Below, piece by piece: positions 40,860 to 50,368 of a DNA stretch of 64,000 bases. The notes beneath the pieces were generated by a model. The model was not told where the DNA came from and searched no databases. It saw only the letters and a list, made by a program, of their open reading frames with translations. This DNA comes from Nevskiaceae bacterium (GTDB lineage: Bacteria; Pseudomonadota; Gammaproteobacteria; Nevskiales; Nevskiaceae). The position numbers and the translations under genes are program-made. Position 1 is the first letter of the stretch, and the number at the start of each line of letters is the position of its first letter. The stretch spans positions 3,027,368-3,091,367 of the forward strand of contig OZ244200.1 of the NCBI GenBank assembly GCA_965216845.1, given 5' to 3'.

Positions 40860-41849
40860 ATGAGCGATTTTCCCAAGTCTGTCGAGTTCCACGAAGAAGG
40901 CGTCCGCGAAGGCTTCCAGATGGAGCCGGTGACCTATCCGCGCGAGCGCCGTGCCGCGCTGATCAACGCCCTCTCGCAAACGGGGCTGAAACAGATCCAG
41001 GTCGGGTCGCTGGTCAACCCGGGCAAGGTGCCGCAGATGGCCGACACCCTGGAGCTGTTCGAAGACATCGAGAAAAACCCGGACGTGCGCTACACCCTGC
41101 TGTGGCTCAACGAGTCCGGCTACCGCAGGGCGCGCCAGGTCAAGGGCGCGTTCAACCACGCACCGCTGTTGTATTACCTGACCGATGCCTTTGCCATGCG
41201 CAACAACAACCGCACGGCACTGGAGGTGCGCGCCGAGCAGGAAGCCTGGCTGGACCGCTATCTGGCCGACGGCGCGTTTCCGCAGAAGGTCTACGTGATG
41301 ACCGCCTGGGGTTGCAATCTGGGCGGGCCGGTGTCGCAGGAGATGGTCGTGGACGCCTTTGCCCATGCCATTGGCCTGTTCCGCGAGCGCAAGCTGCCAC
41401 TGCCGCCGCTGTATCTGGCCGACACCATGGGCTGGGCCAGCCCCGAAGAGGTCAAACGCCGCATCGGCGCGGTGCGCGAGCTGGCGCCCGAGGCAAAGAT
41501 CGGCCTGCACCTGCACGACACCCGCGGACTGGGTGGCGCCAACGTCTACGCCGCACTGTCGATGGGCGTCACGCTGTTCGACGCCTCGGTTGCGGGCCTG
41601 GGCGGCTGCCCCTTTGCCGGCCACAAGGCGCGCCAGACCTCCGGCAACATCTGCACCGAGGACATGGTCTTCCTGTGCCACGAACTGGGCATCGAAACCG
41701 GCATCGATCTCGAAAAACTGATCGAGGCCTCGCGCATGGCCGAGGACATCATCGGCCGACCGCTGATGGGTCGCGTCATGCACAGCGGCTCGCTCAAGGC
41801 ATTCCGCGAGGGCAAGAAAGCCGACAGCGTCTGCGTCTCGCTGCCCTGA
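40860..41849 (+). CDS. HMG-CoA lyase-like (pyruvate carboxyltransferase/DRE-TIM) family protein
   Basis: 329 aa from the ATG at 40860, 6 nt after AGGAGG. Motifs are VEFHEEGVREGFQ...LHLHDTRGLGGANVYAAL..G....DASVAGLGGCPFAG, typical of the HMGL-like family. Confidence 0.85.
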   Translation: MSDFPKSVEFHEEGVREGFQMEPVTYPRERRAALINALSQTGLKQIQVGSLVNPGKVPQMADTLELFEDIEKNPDVRYTLLWLNESGYRRARQVKGAFNHAPLLYYLTDAFAMRNNNRTALEVRAEQEAWLDRYLADGAFPQKVYVMTAWGCNLGGPVSQEMVVDAFAHAIGLFRERKLPLPPLYLADTMGWASPEEVKRRIGAVRELAPEAKIGLHLHDTRGLGGANVYAALSMGVTLFDASVAGLGGCPFAGHKARQTSGNICTEDMVFLCHELGIETGIDLEKLIEASRMAEDIIGRPLMGRVMHSGSLKAFREGKKADSVCVSLP

Positions 41850-41890
41850 GTACCCCTGCCCGCTCCCCATTCTCCCGCCTCCGTCCCAAG

Positions 41891-43036
41891 ATGAACGATC
41901 TACCCTTTCTGACCGCCGACCACGAACACTTCCGCGATGCGCTGCGCCGCTTCATCGACACCGAGGTGGTGCCCAAGGCCGACGCCTGGGAAGAAGACGG
42001 CATGGTGCCGCGTCAGGTGCTGCGCCAGTTGGGCGAGCTGGGCTATCTGGGCATCCGCTACCCGGCGAGTTATGGCGGCGCGGAGCTGGACACGGTGTAC
42101 AGCGCCATCCTGGCCGAGGAACTGGGCCGATCGAGCTATGGCGGCTTTGCGGTGACGGTCCTTGTTCACACCGACATGGCTTCACCGCATCTTGGCAACT
42201 TCGGCAACCCCGAGCAGCTCGCCCGCTGGATGCCGGGCATCGTCGCCGGCAGTACCGTCTGCGCGGTGGCCGTCACCGAGCCGGACGCCGGCTCGGATGT
42301 GGCCGGCATCAAGACCCGCGCGGTGCGCGACGGCGATCACTACCTGCTCAGCGGCAGCAAGATGTTCATCACCAACGGCGTACACGGTGACCTGTACTTC
42401 GTCGCCGCCAAGACCGATGCCACGGTCAAGGGTTCGCGCGGCATCTCGATCTTCGCGGTGGAAAAAGACACGCCCGGCTTCCACGTCGGTCGCAGTCTGA
42501 AGAAGACCGGCTGGCTCAGTTCCGACACCGCCGAACTGGTGTTCGAGGATTGCCGCGTGCCCGCCGCCAACCTGATCGGCGGCGAGAACAAGGGCTTCTA
42601 TTCGATCATGCGCAACTTCCAGAACGAGCGCATCGTGCTGGGCGCGCAGGCCATGGGCGAGGCGCAGAAAGCGCTGGATCTGGCGGTGGATTACGTGCGC
42701 AACCGCAAGGCCTTCGGCGCCGTGCTGTGGGACAAACAGACCATCCGCCAGCGGCTGGCGATGCTGTCGGCCAAGGTCGCCGCCGGTCGCCAGCTGGCCT
42801 ACCAGGCCGCCTGGCTCGACGCCCAGGGCCGCGACTGCGTCAAGGAAGTCTCCATGGTCAAGGCCTACTGCGGCGAGCTGGTCAACGAGGTGATGTACAC
42901 CTGCCAGCAGTTTCACGGCGGCATGAGCTACGTACGCGAAACCGCCATCGAACGCATGGCGCGCGATGCGCGCATCCAGTCCCTCGGCGGCGGCGCCACC
43001 GAGGTCATGCTCGAAGAGGTCGCCAAACGCTTGTAA
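41891..43036 (+). CDS. Acyl-CoA dehydrogenase
   Basis: 381 aa from the ATG at 41891. Motifs are AVTEPDAGSDVAGIKTRA...GSKMFITNG...QFHGGMSYVRETAIERMARDARIQSLGGGATEV. Confidence 0.93.
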   Translation: MNDLPFLTADHEHFRDALRRFIDTEVVPKADAWEEDGMVPRQVLRQLGELGYLGIRYPASYGGAELDTVYSAILAEELGRSSYGGFAVTVLVHTDMASPHLGNFGNPEQLARWMPGIVAGSTVCAVAVTEPDAGSDVAGIKTRAVRDGDHYLLSGSKMFITNGVHGDLYFVAAKTDATVKGSRGISIFAVEKDTPGFHVGRSLKKTGWLSSDTAELVFEDCRVPAANLIGGENKGFYSIMRNFQNERIVLGAQAMGEAQKALDLAVDYVRNRKAFGAVLWDKQTIRQRLAMLSAKVAAGRQLAYQAAWLDAQGRDCVKEVSMVKAYCGELVNEVMYTCQQFHGGMSYVRETAIERMARDARIQSLGGGATEVMLEEVAKRL

Positions 43037-43078
43037 CCCCTCCCACCCACACCCCCTTTCCCATCCATTACTGCCCGT

Positions 43079-43543
43079 ATGACTGACCGCGACAACAATC
43101 GCCCCGAAGCCTGGAATCAGTTTCTCTCCATTGCGCCCTACACCGGACTGCTCGGCATGGAAGCCGTGTCGGCCTCCGACGACGGCTGTGTCATTGCCCT
43201 GCCCTATCGCGACGATCTGGTCGGCGACCCCGACAGCGGCGTACTGCACGGCGGCGCCATCACCGCGCTGATGGACGTGTGCTTCGGCTTCTCGGTGTAC
43301 TTCCGCATCCGGAAATTCCAGCCGATGGCCACGCTGGACCTGCGCATCGATTACCTGCGTCCGGCACAGCCAAATCACAAGGTCTACGCCACGGCGAACT
43401 GCTACAAGCTCACCCCGGAGTTGGCCTTCGTCCGCGGTCAGGCCTACGACGACGACGCCGACAACCCCCTGTCCACCAGTGTCGGCATTTTCATGTTCAC
43501 TGCGGGCAAGCCCGCCTTCACCGAAGCCAAGAAGTTCTCATGA
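43079..43543 (+). CDS. PaaI-family hotdog-fold thioesterase
   Basis: 154 aa with GVLHGGAITALMDVCFG...TLDLRIDYLRP. Confidence 0.85.
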   Translation: MTDRDNNRPEAWNQFLSIAPYTGLLGMEAVSASDDGCVIALPYRDDLVGDPDSGVLHGGAITALMDVCFGFSVYFRIRKFQPMATLDLRIDYLRPAQPNHKVYATANCYKLTPELAFVRGQAYDDDADNPLSTSVGIFMFTAGKPAFTEAKKFS

Positions 43544-43971
43544 ATCTCGCCGATACGCTGACCGATATCCGCGCCCGCGCCGACTGGGCCGCGCTGCCGC
43601 AGGCGTTGCCGTTTGCCCGCATGCTGGGTGTACAGGTGGAAGTGCGCGGTGAATCCTTCACCTGCGTGATGCCCTTTGAACAAAAGCTCATCGGCAATCC
43701 GGCCCTGCCGGCCCTACATGGCGGCGCCATCGGTGGTTACATGGAATGCGCCGGCATCCTGCATCTGCTGTGGAGCAGTGAAGCCCTGGCCGTCCCCAAG
43801 ACCATCGACTTCGCCATCGATTACCTGCTTTCGGGACGCCCGCAGGACACCTACGCCAACGTCTACCCGGTCAAGCTCGGCAAGCGCGTGAGCAACCTGC
43901 GCATCGAGGCCTGGCAGACGGCGCCCGACAAGCCCATCGCGGTCGCCGTAATGAACGTGCTGATGCGCTGA
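43540..43971 (+). CDS. PaaI-family hotdog-fold thioesterase (second, divergent copy)
   Basis: 143 aa from the ATG at 43540, which overlaps the previous gene's stop (ATGA). Motifs are ALHGGAIGGYMECAG...TIDFAIDYLLSGRP. Confidence 0.8.
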   Translation: MNLADTLTDIRARADWAALPQALPFARMLGVQVEVRGESFTCVMPFEQKLIGNPALPALHGGAIGGYMECAGILHLLWSSEALAVPKTIDFAIDYLLSGRPQDTYANVYPVKLGKRVSNLRIEAWQTAPDKPIAVAVMNVLMR

Positions 43972-44001
43972 TCCCTTCAACAAGCAGCCAAGGAATCTTT
44001 C

Positions 44002-44862
44002 ATGAAATACCGTTCCATCTATCGTTCTGATCTGTTCGAGGGTCAGACCGTGATCGTCACCGGCGGCGGCAGCGGCATCGGCCGTTGCACCGCACACGAA
44101 CTCGCCAGCCTCGGCGCCAATGTCGCCATCGTCGGTCGCAAGGTCGAAAAACTGGAGACGGTGCGAAACGAGATCGAGGCCGTCGGCGGTCGCGTCAGCT
44201 GCCACGTCTGCGATATCCGCGACGAACCGATGGTGCGCCAGATGATCGCCGAGGTCATCGAACGCCACGGCGGCATCCACGGCCTGGTCAACAATGCTGG
44301 CGGCCAGTACCCCTCGCCGGCCAAGGATCTGAGCACCAAGGGCTGGGAGGCGGTGATCCGCAACAACCTCACCGGCGGCTTCATCGTCGCGCGCGAAGCC
44401 TACACTCAGTGGATGGAGGCGCACGGCGGCAGCATCGTCAACATCATCGCCGACATCTGGGGCGGCATGCCGACCATGGCGCACACCGGAGCGGCACGCG
44501 CCGGCATGCTCAATTTCACCGAAACCGTCGCCTGCGAGTGGGCGCAGTCCGGTGTGCGGGTCAACGCGGTAGCGCCCGGCTGGATCGCCTCCAGCGGTTT
44601 CGACACCTATGACGAGGCCATGCAGGCCGAGCTGCGGCAGCTCAAGAACAAGGTGCCACTGGGCCGTTACGGCAACGAAGCGGAAGTTTCCGCCGCCATC
44701 GTGTTTCTGCTTTCACCCGGCGCCGCCTTCGTCAATGGATCCAGCATCCGCGTGGACGGCGGCGTGCCCAACGCCCGTCACACCTGGAAAGCGGTGCCCA
44801 CCGACCGCTCCAAACCTTTCGACGGCTTTCCGCTGGCCACCGTGCCCCGGTGCCTGCAATGA
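44002..44862 (+). CDS. SDR oxidoreductase, enoyl/dienoyl-CoA reductase-like
   Basis: 286 aa with VIVTGGGSGIGR...NNAGGQ...AARAG...VNAVAPGWI. It resembles the PECR / 2,4-dienoyl-CoA reductase subfamily. Confidence 0.85.
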   Translation: MKYRSIYRSDLFEGQTVIVTGGGSGIGRCTAHELASLGANVAIVGRKVEKLETVRNEIEAVGGRVSCHVCDIRDEPMVRQMIAEVIERHGGIHGLVNNAGGQYPSPAKDLSTKGWEAVIRNNLTGGFIVAREAYTQWMEAHGGSIVNIIADIWGGMPTMAHTGAARAGMLNFTETVACEWAQSGVRVNAVAPGWIASSGFDTYDEAMQAELRQLKNKVPLGRYGNEAEVSAAIVFLLSPGAAFVNGSSIRVDGGVPNARHTWKAVPTDRSKPFDGFPLATVPRCLQ

Positions 44863-45545
44863 CCCAGGCCGACACTCTCGCAGCCTTTCTGGCGCCCAGC
44901 CCGCATGTGGAAGCCGACCACCCGGGCATCCGCGCGCTGGCCGAGCGCGTGACCCAGGGCCTGACCGATCCGCGCGAGCGCGCCGTGGCGCTGTACTATG
45001 CGGTTCGTGACGATTTCCGCTATGACCCTTACGGCATCGAACTGTCCGGGCGCTGCTTCAAGGCCAGCACGGTCTTCGAGGCTGGCGCTGGCTTCTGCAT
45101 CGGCAAGGCCACGCTGCTGGCCGCCGTCTGTCGCGCCGTCGGCATTCCGGCACGGCTGCGCTTTGCCGACGTGCGCAATCATCTGAGCAGCCCGCGCCTG
45201 CGGGCAATGATGGGCACGGACGAGTTCGTCTACCACGGCTATACCGAACTGTGGATCGAACAGCGCTGGCGCAAGTGCACACCGGCCTTCGATCAGCGCC
45301 TGTGCGACAAGGCCGGTATCCGCGCGCTGGCGTTCGACGGTCTGGAAGACTCGGTGTTTCACCCCATCGACCTGTCGGGCCGACAGCACATGGAATACCT
45401 GCGCGACCGCGGCAGCCACGTCGACGTGCCGGTGGAGGAAATCTTCCGCGTCTGGGAGGCGGTCTATCCGGATATGTCCGGCTGGGTCCAGCAAACCAAG
45501 GGCGGAGACTTCGAGCAGGAGGCCTGCGCACCCGCCACATCGTGA
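44859..45545 (+). CDS. Transglutaminase-like (papain-fold) domain protein
   Basis: It carries GAGFCIGKATLLAAVCRAVGIPARL...YHGYTELW (Cys...His core). The ATG at 44859 overlaps the SDR stop (ATGA); the track start at 44850 is a GTG. Confidence 0.8.
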   Translation: MTQADTLAAFLAPSPHVEADHPGIRALAERVTQGLTDPRERAVALYYAVRDDFRYDPYGIELSGRCFKASTVFEAGAGFCIGKATLLAAVCRAVGIPARLRFADVRNHLSSPRLRAMMGTDEFVYHGYTELWIEQRWRKCTPAFDQRLCDKAGIRALAFDGLEDSVFHPIDLSGRQHMEYLRDRGSHVDVPVEEIFRVWEAVYPDMSGWVQQTKGGDFEQEACAPATS

Positions 45546-45728
45546 ACTGGCACACCCGTCTTGAGCAGATGACGACAACAACCATCCCCAACCCGCTGCC
45601 GCCGAAGCGCGGCATCGAACCGCCAACGCACTGCTGGTCCCAGGGCTGATTCGGGTTCTGATTCATTCCGGGAAGATGCCGCAGCAGCCCCTACAGCAGC
45701 TGAGTCCATCCAGCCAAGGAGCCGCTTC

Positions 45729-46643
45729 ATGAAGATCATCCGCAATCTGCTGTCCGACACCGCCGTCGATGTCGCAACACACGCCGAGCAAGCCTGCGCC
45801 GGCCTCAGGCGCCGAGAACGACGCAGCGGTGGGCTGAATTGGGTCTACCTCGACAGCGGCGGCGACCGGACGCCGCTAGTGCTGATTCACGGTTTTGGCG
45901 GCGACAAGTCCAATTGGACCCGCATGTGCCGCCATCTGCGCGGCCATTTCCGAATCATCGTGCCGGACCTGCCCGGCTTCGGGGAAAGCCAGGCGCCGGT
46001 CACGCTGCGCTACCGCGTACAGGACCATGTCGAGCGGCTGCGCGGCTTCCTCGCCGACCTGGGGGTGACCCAACCGCATCTGGGCGGCAATTCGATGGGC
46101 GGCTATATCGCCGCGCTGTATGCAGCCACGCATACCGCCGAAGTCTCCGGCCTGTGGCTGATCAACAGCGCAGGCATCTTCACCGCCGAGCAGAGCGAGC
46201 TGCAGCAAACCCTGGACGCCGGTGGCCACAATCCGCTGCTGCCCCAAACCGCCGAGCAATTCGGCGGCGTGCTGCGCTACGCAATGTCGCGACCGCCGCA
46301 TATTCCAAGCTTCGTGCTCGACGCCATGGCGCGCCGTGCCCTGGCCATGAACGCGCTGCGCCAGAATCAGTTCGCGGACATTCTGGAGGAATCCCCGCAC
46401 CTGGAGGATCTGCTCAAGGGCCTGCCAACCCCCACGCATGTTCTCTGGGGTGAGGAAGACCGCCTGATTCATGTCGACTGCGTGCGCGTGCTGCGTGAGC
46501 TGCTGCCCAACAGCAGCGCGACGGTGCTCAAGGGCATCGGCCATATCCCCATGCTGGAGGCGCCAGAACAAACGGCTCTGGACTACCTGGCGTTCCGCGA
46601 ACGCCTGATCTGCGGAGCCGAACTGCTCGCGCTGGCAGCCTGA
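45729..46643 (+). CDS. Alpha/beta-fold hydrolase
   Basis: 304 aa, with AAGGAG upstream. Motifs are LVLIHGFGGDKSNW...HLGGNSMGGYIA (GxSxG)...GHIPMLE. Confidence 0.85.
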   Translation: MKIIRNLLSDTAVDVATHAEQACAGLRRRERRSGGLNWVYLDSGGDRTPLVLIHGFGGDKSNWTRMCRHLRGHFRIIVPDLPGFGESQAPVTLRYRVQDHVERLRGFLADLGVTQPHLGGNSMGGYIAALYAATHTAEVSGLWLINSAGIFTAEQSELQQTLDAGGHNPLLPQTAEQFGGVLRYAMSRPPHIPSFVLDAMARRALAMNALRQNQFADILEESPHLEDLLKGLPTPTHVLWGEEDRLIHVDCVRVLRELLPNSSATVLKGIGHIPMLEAPEQTALDYLAFRERLICGAELLALAA

Positions 46644-49006
46644 TGTCCACCGCGCCGGCAACGACGCCCGGCAGCGCCAGCCTGCATCATCGCACCTGCC
46701 ATCTGTGCGAGGCGCTGTGCGGCCTCGTCATCACCCACGACGGAGCCGGCCATATCCATTCGATCCGGGGAGATCGCCAGGACCCACTGAGCCGTGGTCA
46801 CCTCTGCCCCAAGGCGATCGCGCTGCAGGACCTGCAATCTGACCCGGACCGCCTGCGTCGACCATTGAAGCGCAACGGCGACCGCTGGGTCGAGATCAGC
46901 TGGGACGAGGCCTTCGACGAGGCAGCGCACGGACTGCAGCGCGTGCGTGAGCGCCACGGCGACGACGCGCTGGCGAGCTACACCGGCAACCCCACGGCGC
47001 ACAACACCGGGGCATTGCTGGTACTGGCGCCGTTTCTGGCCGCGCTGCGCACGCGCAACCGTTACAGCGCACGCAGCATCGACCAGCTGCCCAATATGTT
47101 CGTCAATCTGCAGATGTTCGGCAGCGCCGCGCTGTTTGCGGTGCCCGACCTGGACCGCTGCGATCTACTGCTGATGATCGGCGCCAATCCTGCCGCCTCG
47201 AAAGGCAGCATCGGCTCAGCCGGTGACTTCATGGGCCGCATCGCACAGCTGCGCGCACGCGGCGGGCGTGTGTACCTGGTCGACCCGCGACGCAACGAAA
47301 GCGCCGCCAAGCTTGATCGTCACTGGTTCATCCGACCCGGCAGCGATGTCTTGCTGCTCGCCGCGATGATCAACACGCTGTTCGCCGAAAACCGCGTGAA
47401 CCTGGGTCGGCTGGCCGACTTCACCGACGGCGTCGAGTCTCTGCGAACCGCCCTGACGGATTTCACCCCCGAAGCCGCGAGCACTATCACCGGGATCGCA
47501 GCGGACGATATCCGCCAGCTCGCGCGCGAGTTCGCCAACGCCCGGCGGGCGATCTGCTACGGCCGCATCGGCGGCTGTCTGCAGGACTTTGGCGGACTCG
47601 TCAACTGGTTGATCACCGCGCTCAACGTGCTGACCGGCAACCTGGATCGCGAAGGTGGGGTGATGTTCACCCACCCCGCCATCGACATCGTCGGCATGGC
47701 CGCTGCCAGTGCCTATACGCGCGGCAGCCACGACCGTTACCGCTCGCGTGTCCGCGGACTGCCCGAATTCATGGGCGAGCTGCCGGTAGCGACGCTCGCT
47801 GAGGAAATGCTCAGCCCCGGCCCGGGTCAGATTCGCGGCCTGATAACCCTGGCCGGCAACCCGGTGCTGTCCACACCCGACGGGCGCCGCCTGGAACGCG
47901 CGCTGGCCGGGCTGGATTTCATGGTTTCGATTGACTGCTATCTCAATGAAACCACACGCCATGCCCACCTGATCCTGCCACCGACCGGCCCGCTCGAGCG
48001 CGAACACTACGGGCTGGCGCTGAACGCCGTGGCCATCCGCAACGTGGCCAAGTACTCGCCGCCGCTGCTGCCGGCTGCGGCCGATGCGCGCCACGATTGG
48101 CAGATCCTGCTGGAGCTGGCCGTCCGCCTGGGGCCGCGCAATGCGCTGGAGCGCGCCGGCTGGCGCCTGATTCAAGGCCTGATCGAGCGCCTGAGCGTGG
48201 ACGGACTTCTCGATTTACTGCTGCGCGCCGGCCCTTACGGACGACTTCCCTCAGCCCTGCAGGCCAGTGCCAACGCGCTGCGGGATTTTATCGCCGGCAG
48301 CGCCAGTGGCGGTCGACTGGCGCGGCGGCTGGCCGTCCTGCCCAGGCGACGCACGGGTCTGCTGCCGGCACTGCGGGCGCAGGCCTTGTTCAGTCACACC
48401 CGGCAGGGATTGGACCTGGCCACGCTCAGGGCGCACCCGCACGGCCTGGATCTGGGACCGCTGCGGCCCGGCTTGCCGGAAAAGCTGTGCACGCCCCAGC
48501 GACGCATCCGGCTGGCACCGTCGGCGCTGCTGGCCGACCTGCCGCGGGCCAAGGCCAGACTTGATCAAACGCCAGCCGACGGGCTGGTGCTGATCGGTCG
48601 CCGTCATCTGCGCAGCAACAATTCCTGGATGCACAACACGCGCCGGCTGGTCAAGGGTCCGCCGCGCTGCACGCTACTGTTGCACCCCCGCGATGCGGCC
48701 GCTGCCGGGCTGAGTCAGGGGCAGATGGTGCGAGTCGCATCGACCGTGGGGCACATCGAGCTTGCCGCCGACATCACCGCCGACATCATGCCGGGCGTGG
48801 TCTGCGCTCCGCACGGCTACGGCCATCACCGACCCGGCACCTGGCTGACGGTGGCGAGCCGCCTGGCGCCGGGTGTCAGCCTGAACGACATTACTGACCC
48901 CCAGCGCATCGACCCGCTGACCGGCGTGGCAGCGGTCAACGGCCTGCCGGTGCGGCTGTACCCGTCGGGCGCGGATCGTGTGCCGGTTTGCGTGAACGCT
49001 GAATGA
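46643..49006 (+). CDS. Molybdopterin (bis-MGD) oxidoreductase, MopB superfamily
   Basis: 787 aa with an N-terminal 4Fe-4S motif (CHLCEALCG...(27)...CPK), MGD-binding segments and a C-terminal beta-barrel domain. The start overlaps the hydrolase stop (TGATG). There is no in-frame TGA. Confidence 0.88.
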   Translation: MSTAPATTPGSASLHHRTCHLCEALCGLVITHDGAGHIHSIRGDRQDPLSRGHLCPKAIALQDLQSDPDRLRRPLKRNGDRWVEISWDEAFDEAAHGLQRVRERHGDDALASYTGNPTAHNTGALLVLAPFLAALRTRNRYSARSIDQLPNMFVNLQMFGSAALFAVPDLDRCDLLLMIGANPAASKGSIGSAGDFMGRIAQLRARGGRVYLVDPRRNESAAKLDRHWFIRPGSDVLLLAAMINTLFAENRVNLGRLADFTDGVESLRTALTDFTPEAASTITGIAADDIRQLAREFANARRAICYGRIGGCLQDFGGLVNWLITALNVLTGNLDREGGVMFTHPAIDIVGMAAASAYTRGSHDRYRSRVRGLPEFMGELPVATLAEEMLSPGPGQIRGLITLAGNPVLSTPDGRRLERALAGLDFMVSIDCYLNETTRHAHLILPPTGPLEREHYGLALNAVAIRNVAKYSPPLLPAAADARHDWQILLELAVRLGPRNALERAGWRLIQGLIERLSVDGLLDLLLRAGPYGRLPSALQASANALRDFIAGSASGGRLARRLAVLPRRRTGLLPALRAQALFSHTRQGLDLATLRAHPHGLDLGPLRPGLPEKLCTPQRRIRLAPSALLADLPRAKARLDQTPADGLVLIGRRHLRSNNSWMHNTRRLVKGPPRCTLLLHPRDAAAAGLSQGQMVRVASTVGHIELAADITADIMPGVVCAPHGYGHHRPGTWLTVASRLAPGVSLNDITDPQRIDPLTGVAAVNGLPVRLYPSGADRVPVCVNAE

Positions 49007-49336
49007 AGCAGAACCACGCCAACGACAACGTTGGCCGGGCCACGAATTGGAAAGCCGCTACCCGGTATCGCTGACCGTTGCCAGCGTGGCCCTCAACATC
49101 ACCCTGTGATCCAGCGTGATACGCTGAGTCTGGACCTGCCGGGCTACTGCGGCACGCTGCCGGATCTGTGGTCCCACGCGGTTTGCCGGCAGACGGCATC
49201 GCCGAACCGGAGGCGCGCGAGCAGCCCCGATGTGACCCGCCTGGGACGCTTGCGCTCGGATTGGCGAAGCGGTATCTTCGTGCGTAGTGCATCCCCGCAC
49301 ACCACACGAACATCGACCCGCTTCAGGAGGCTCACG

Positions 49337-50251
49337 ATGGCACTCGCAAATCGAAAGATCGGCTACGACGAGGTAGAACCGCGCGACCTGCGCTTCAATT
49401 TGGGCAAGGATCAGGTTCCGCGCTACTGGATCAACGGCGACCCCTGGACGACTCACTTCTTCAATTCCATCATGGCAGCCGTTCCCGACGGCGAGCGCTG
49501 GGTCATGCAATGTGTGCGGCGCAGCCTCACTCAGCTCAAGGACGACACGGTACGCAAGGCCGGCATCGCCTTCATCAAGCAGGAGCATTACCACGCGCGT
49601 GAGCATGACGACATGAATCACGCACTGATCCAGCAAGGCGTGCCGCTGGATGTGGTGGAACGCAACTTCAAGGTGATCCGTTCGGTGCTGGAAAAGCTCA
49701 CGCCGCCGAGCATGCACCTGTCGATGATGGCCTCCTTCGAACACTTCACCGCCACCATGTCAGCGGTATTCATCGATCATCCGGAAATGCTCGACGACTC
49801 CGATCCGCGCATTGCGGCAATGCTGTTCTGGCACTTCGTCGAGGAGACCGAGCACAAGTCGGTGACCTTTGACGTGTTCCAGGACGCGGTTGGCAGCTAC
49901 CCACAGCGCGTGCTGGGCATGCTGATCGCAAGTACGATGTTTCTGCCCATGGTTCAGGGCCACATGCTGTACCTGGCCTGGAAAGACGGGCAACTGCGCA
50001 ACTGGCGCTCGTTGCTGCGCTGTCTGGATACCCAGTTCGGTCGCCAGGGAGTATTCACGCGCCTGCTGCTGGGCCACTACTTCCCGTACTACAGCCCCAA
50101 GTTCCATCCTTGGGACGCGGACAATCGCTCCAAGATCAGCGCCTGGAAAAAGGCTTTCGCCGCCACCGGCGACACATTCGCCGCCTATGCCCAGTTCCGC
50201 AAGGCAGCCGGCCTGCCCGCAAGATCAGATCTGGTTGCGCAGGCCGCCTAG
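49337..50251 (+). CDS. Predicted metal-dependent hydrolase (COG3687/PF10118-like)
   Basis: 304 aa from the ATG at 49337, 6 nt after AGGAGG. Motifs are FFNSIMAAVPDGERW...FIKQEHYHAREH...FWHFVEETEHKSV. Confidence 0.7.
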   Translation: MALANRKIGYDEVEPRDLRFNLGKDQVPRYWINGDPWTTHFFNSIMAAVPDGERWVMQCVRRSLTQLKDDTVRKAGIAFIKQEHYHAREHDDMNHALIQQGVPLDVVERNFKVIRSVLEKLTPPSMHLSMMASFEHFTATMSAVFIDHPEMLDDSDPRIAAMLFWHFVEETEHKSVTFDVFQDAVGSYPQRVLGMLIASTMFLPMVQGHMLYLAWKDGQLRNWRSLLRCLDTQFGRQGVFTRLLLGHYFPYYSPKFHPWDADNRSKISAWKKAFAATGDTFAAYAQFRKAAGLPARSDLVAQAA

Positions 50252-50316
50252 CTGCGGTGGTACCGTCGGTTTCCGCCCGCATCCGGCGGTCGGCAACCGG
50301 CGAACGGGGCGTAACA

Positions 50317-50368
50317 CCGCATGGTCCGGCAAGCGGAAAGGATCGTCGGACCATGCGGCGTTGTTTTT
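50317..50368 (+). terminator. Rho-independent terminator after the metal hydrolase gene
   Basis: It has a 12-bp perfect stem ccgcatggtccg (50317-50328)/cggaccatgcgg (50347-50358) with an 18-nt loop. The stem is followed by cgTTGTTTTT (to 50368). Confidence 0.7.

Noticed and set aside
41102-41890. A 263-codon N-terminal extension of the ACAD ORF.
   Set aside because: It overlaps the HMGL-like gene out of frame and is Arg/Gly/Pro-rich. The ACAD N-terminus (MNDLPFLTADHEHFRDALRRF) starts at 41891.
46643-49006. Possible selenocysteine recoding in the molybdopterin oxidoreductase.
   Set aside because: The ORF is continuous with no in-frame TGA, and the position of the usual active-site residue is not interrupted.
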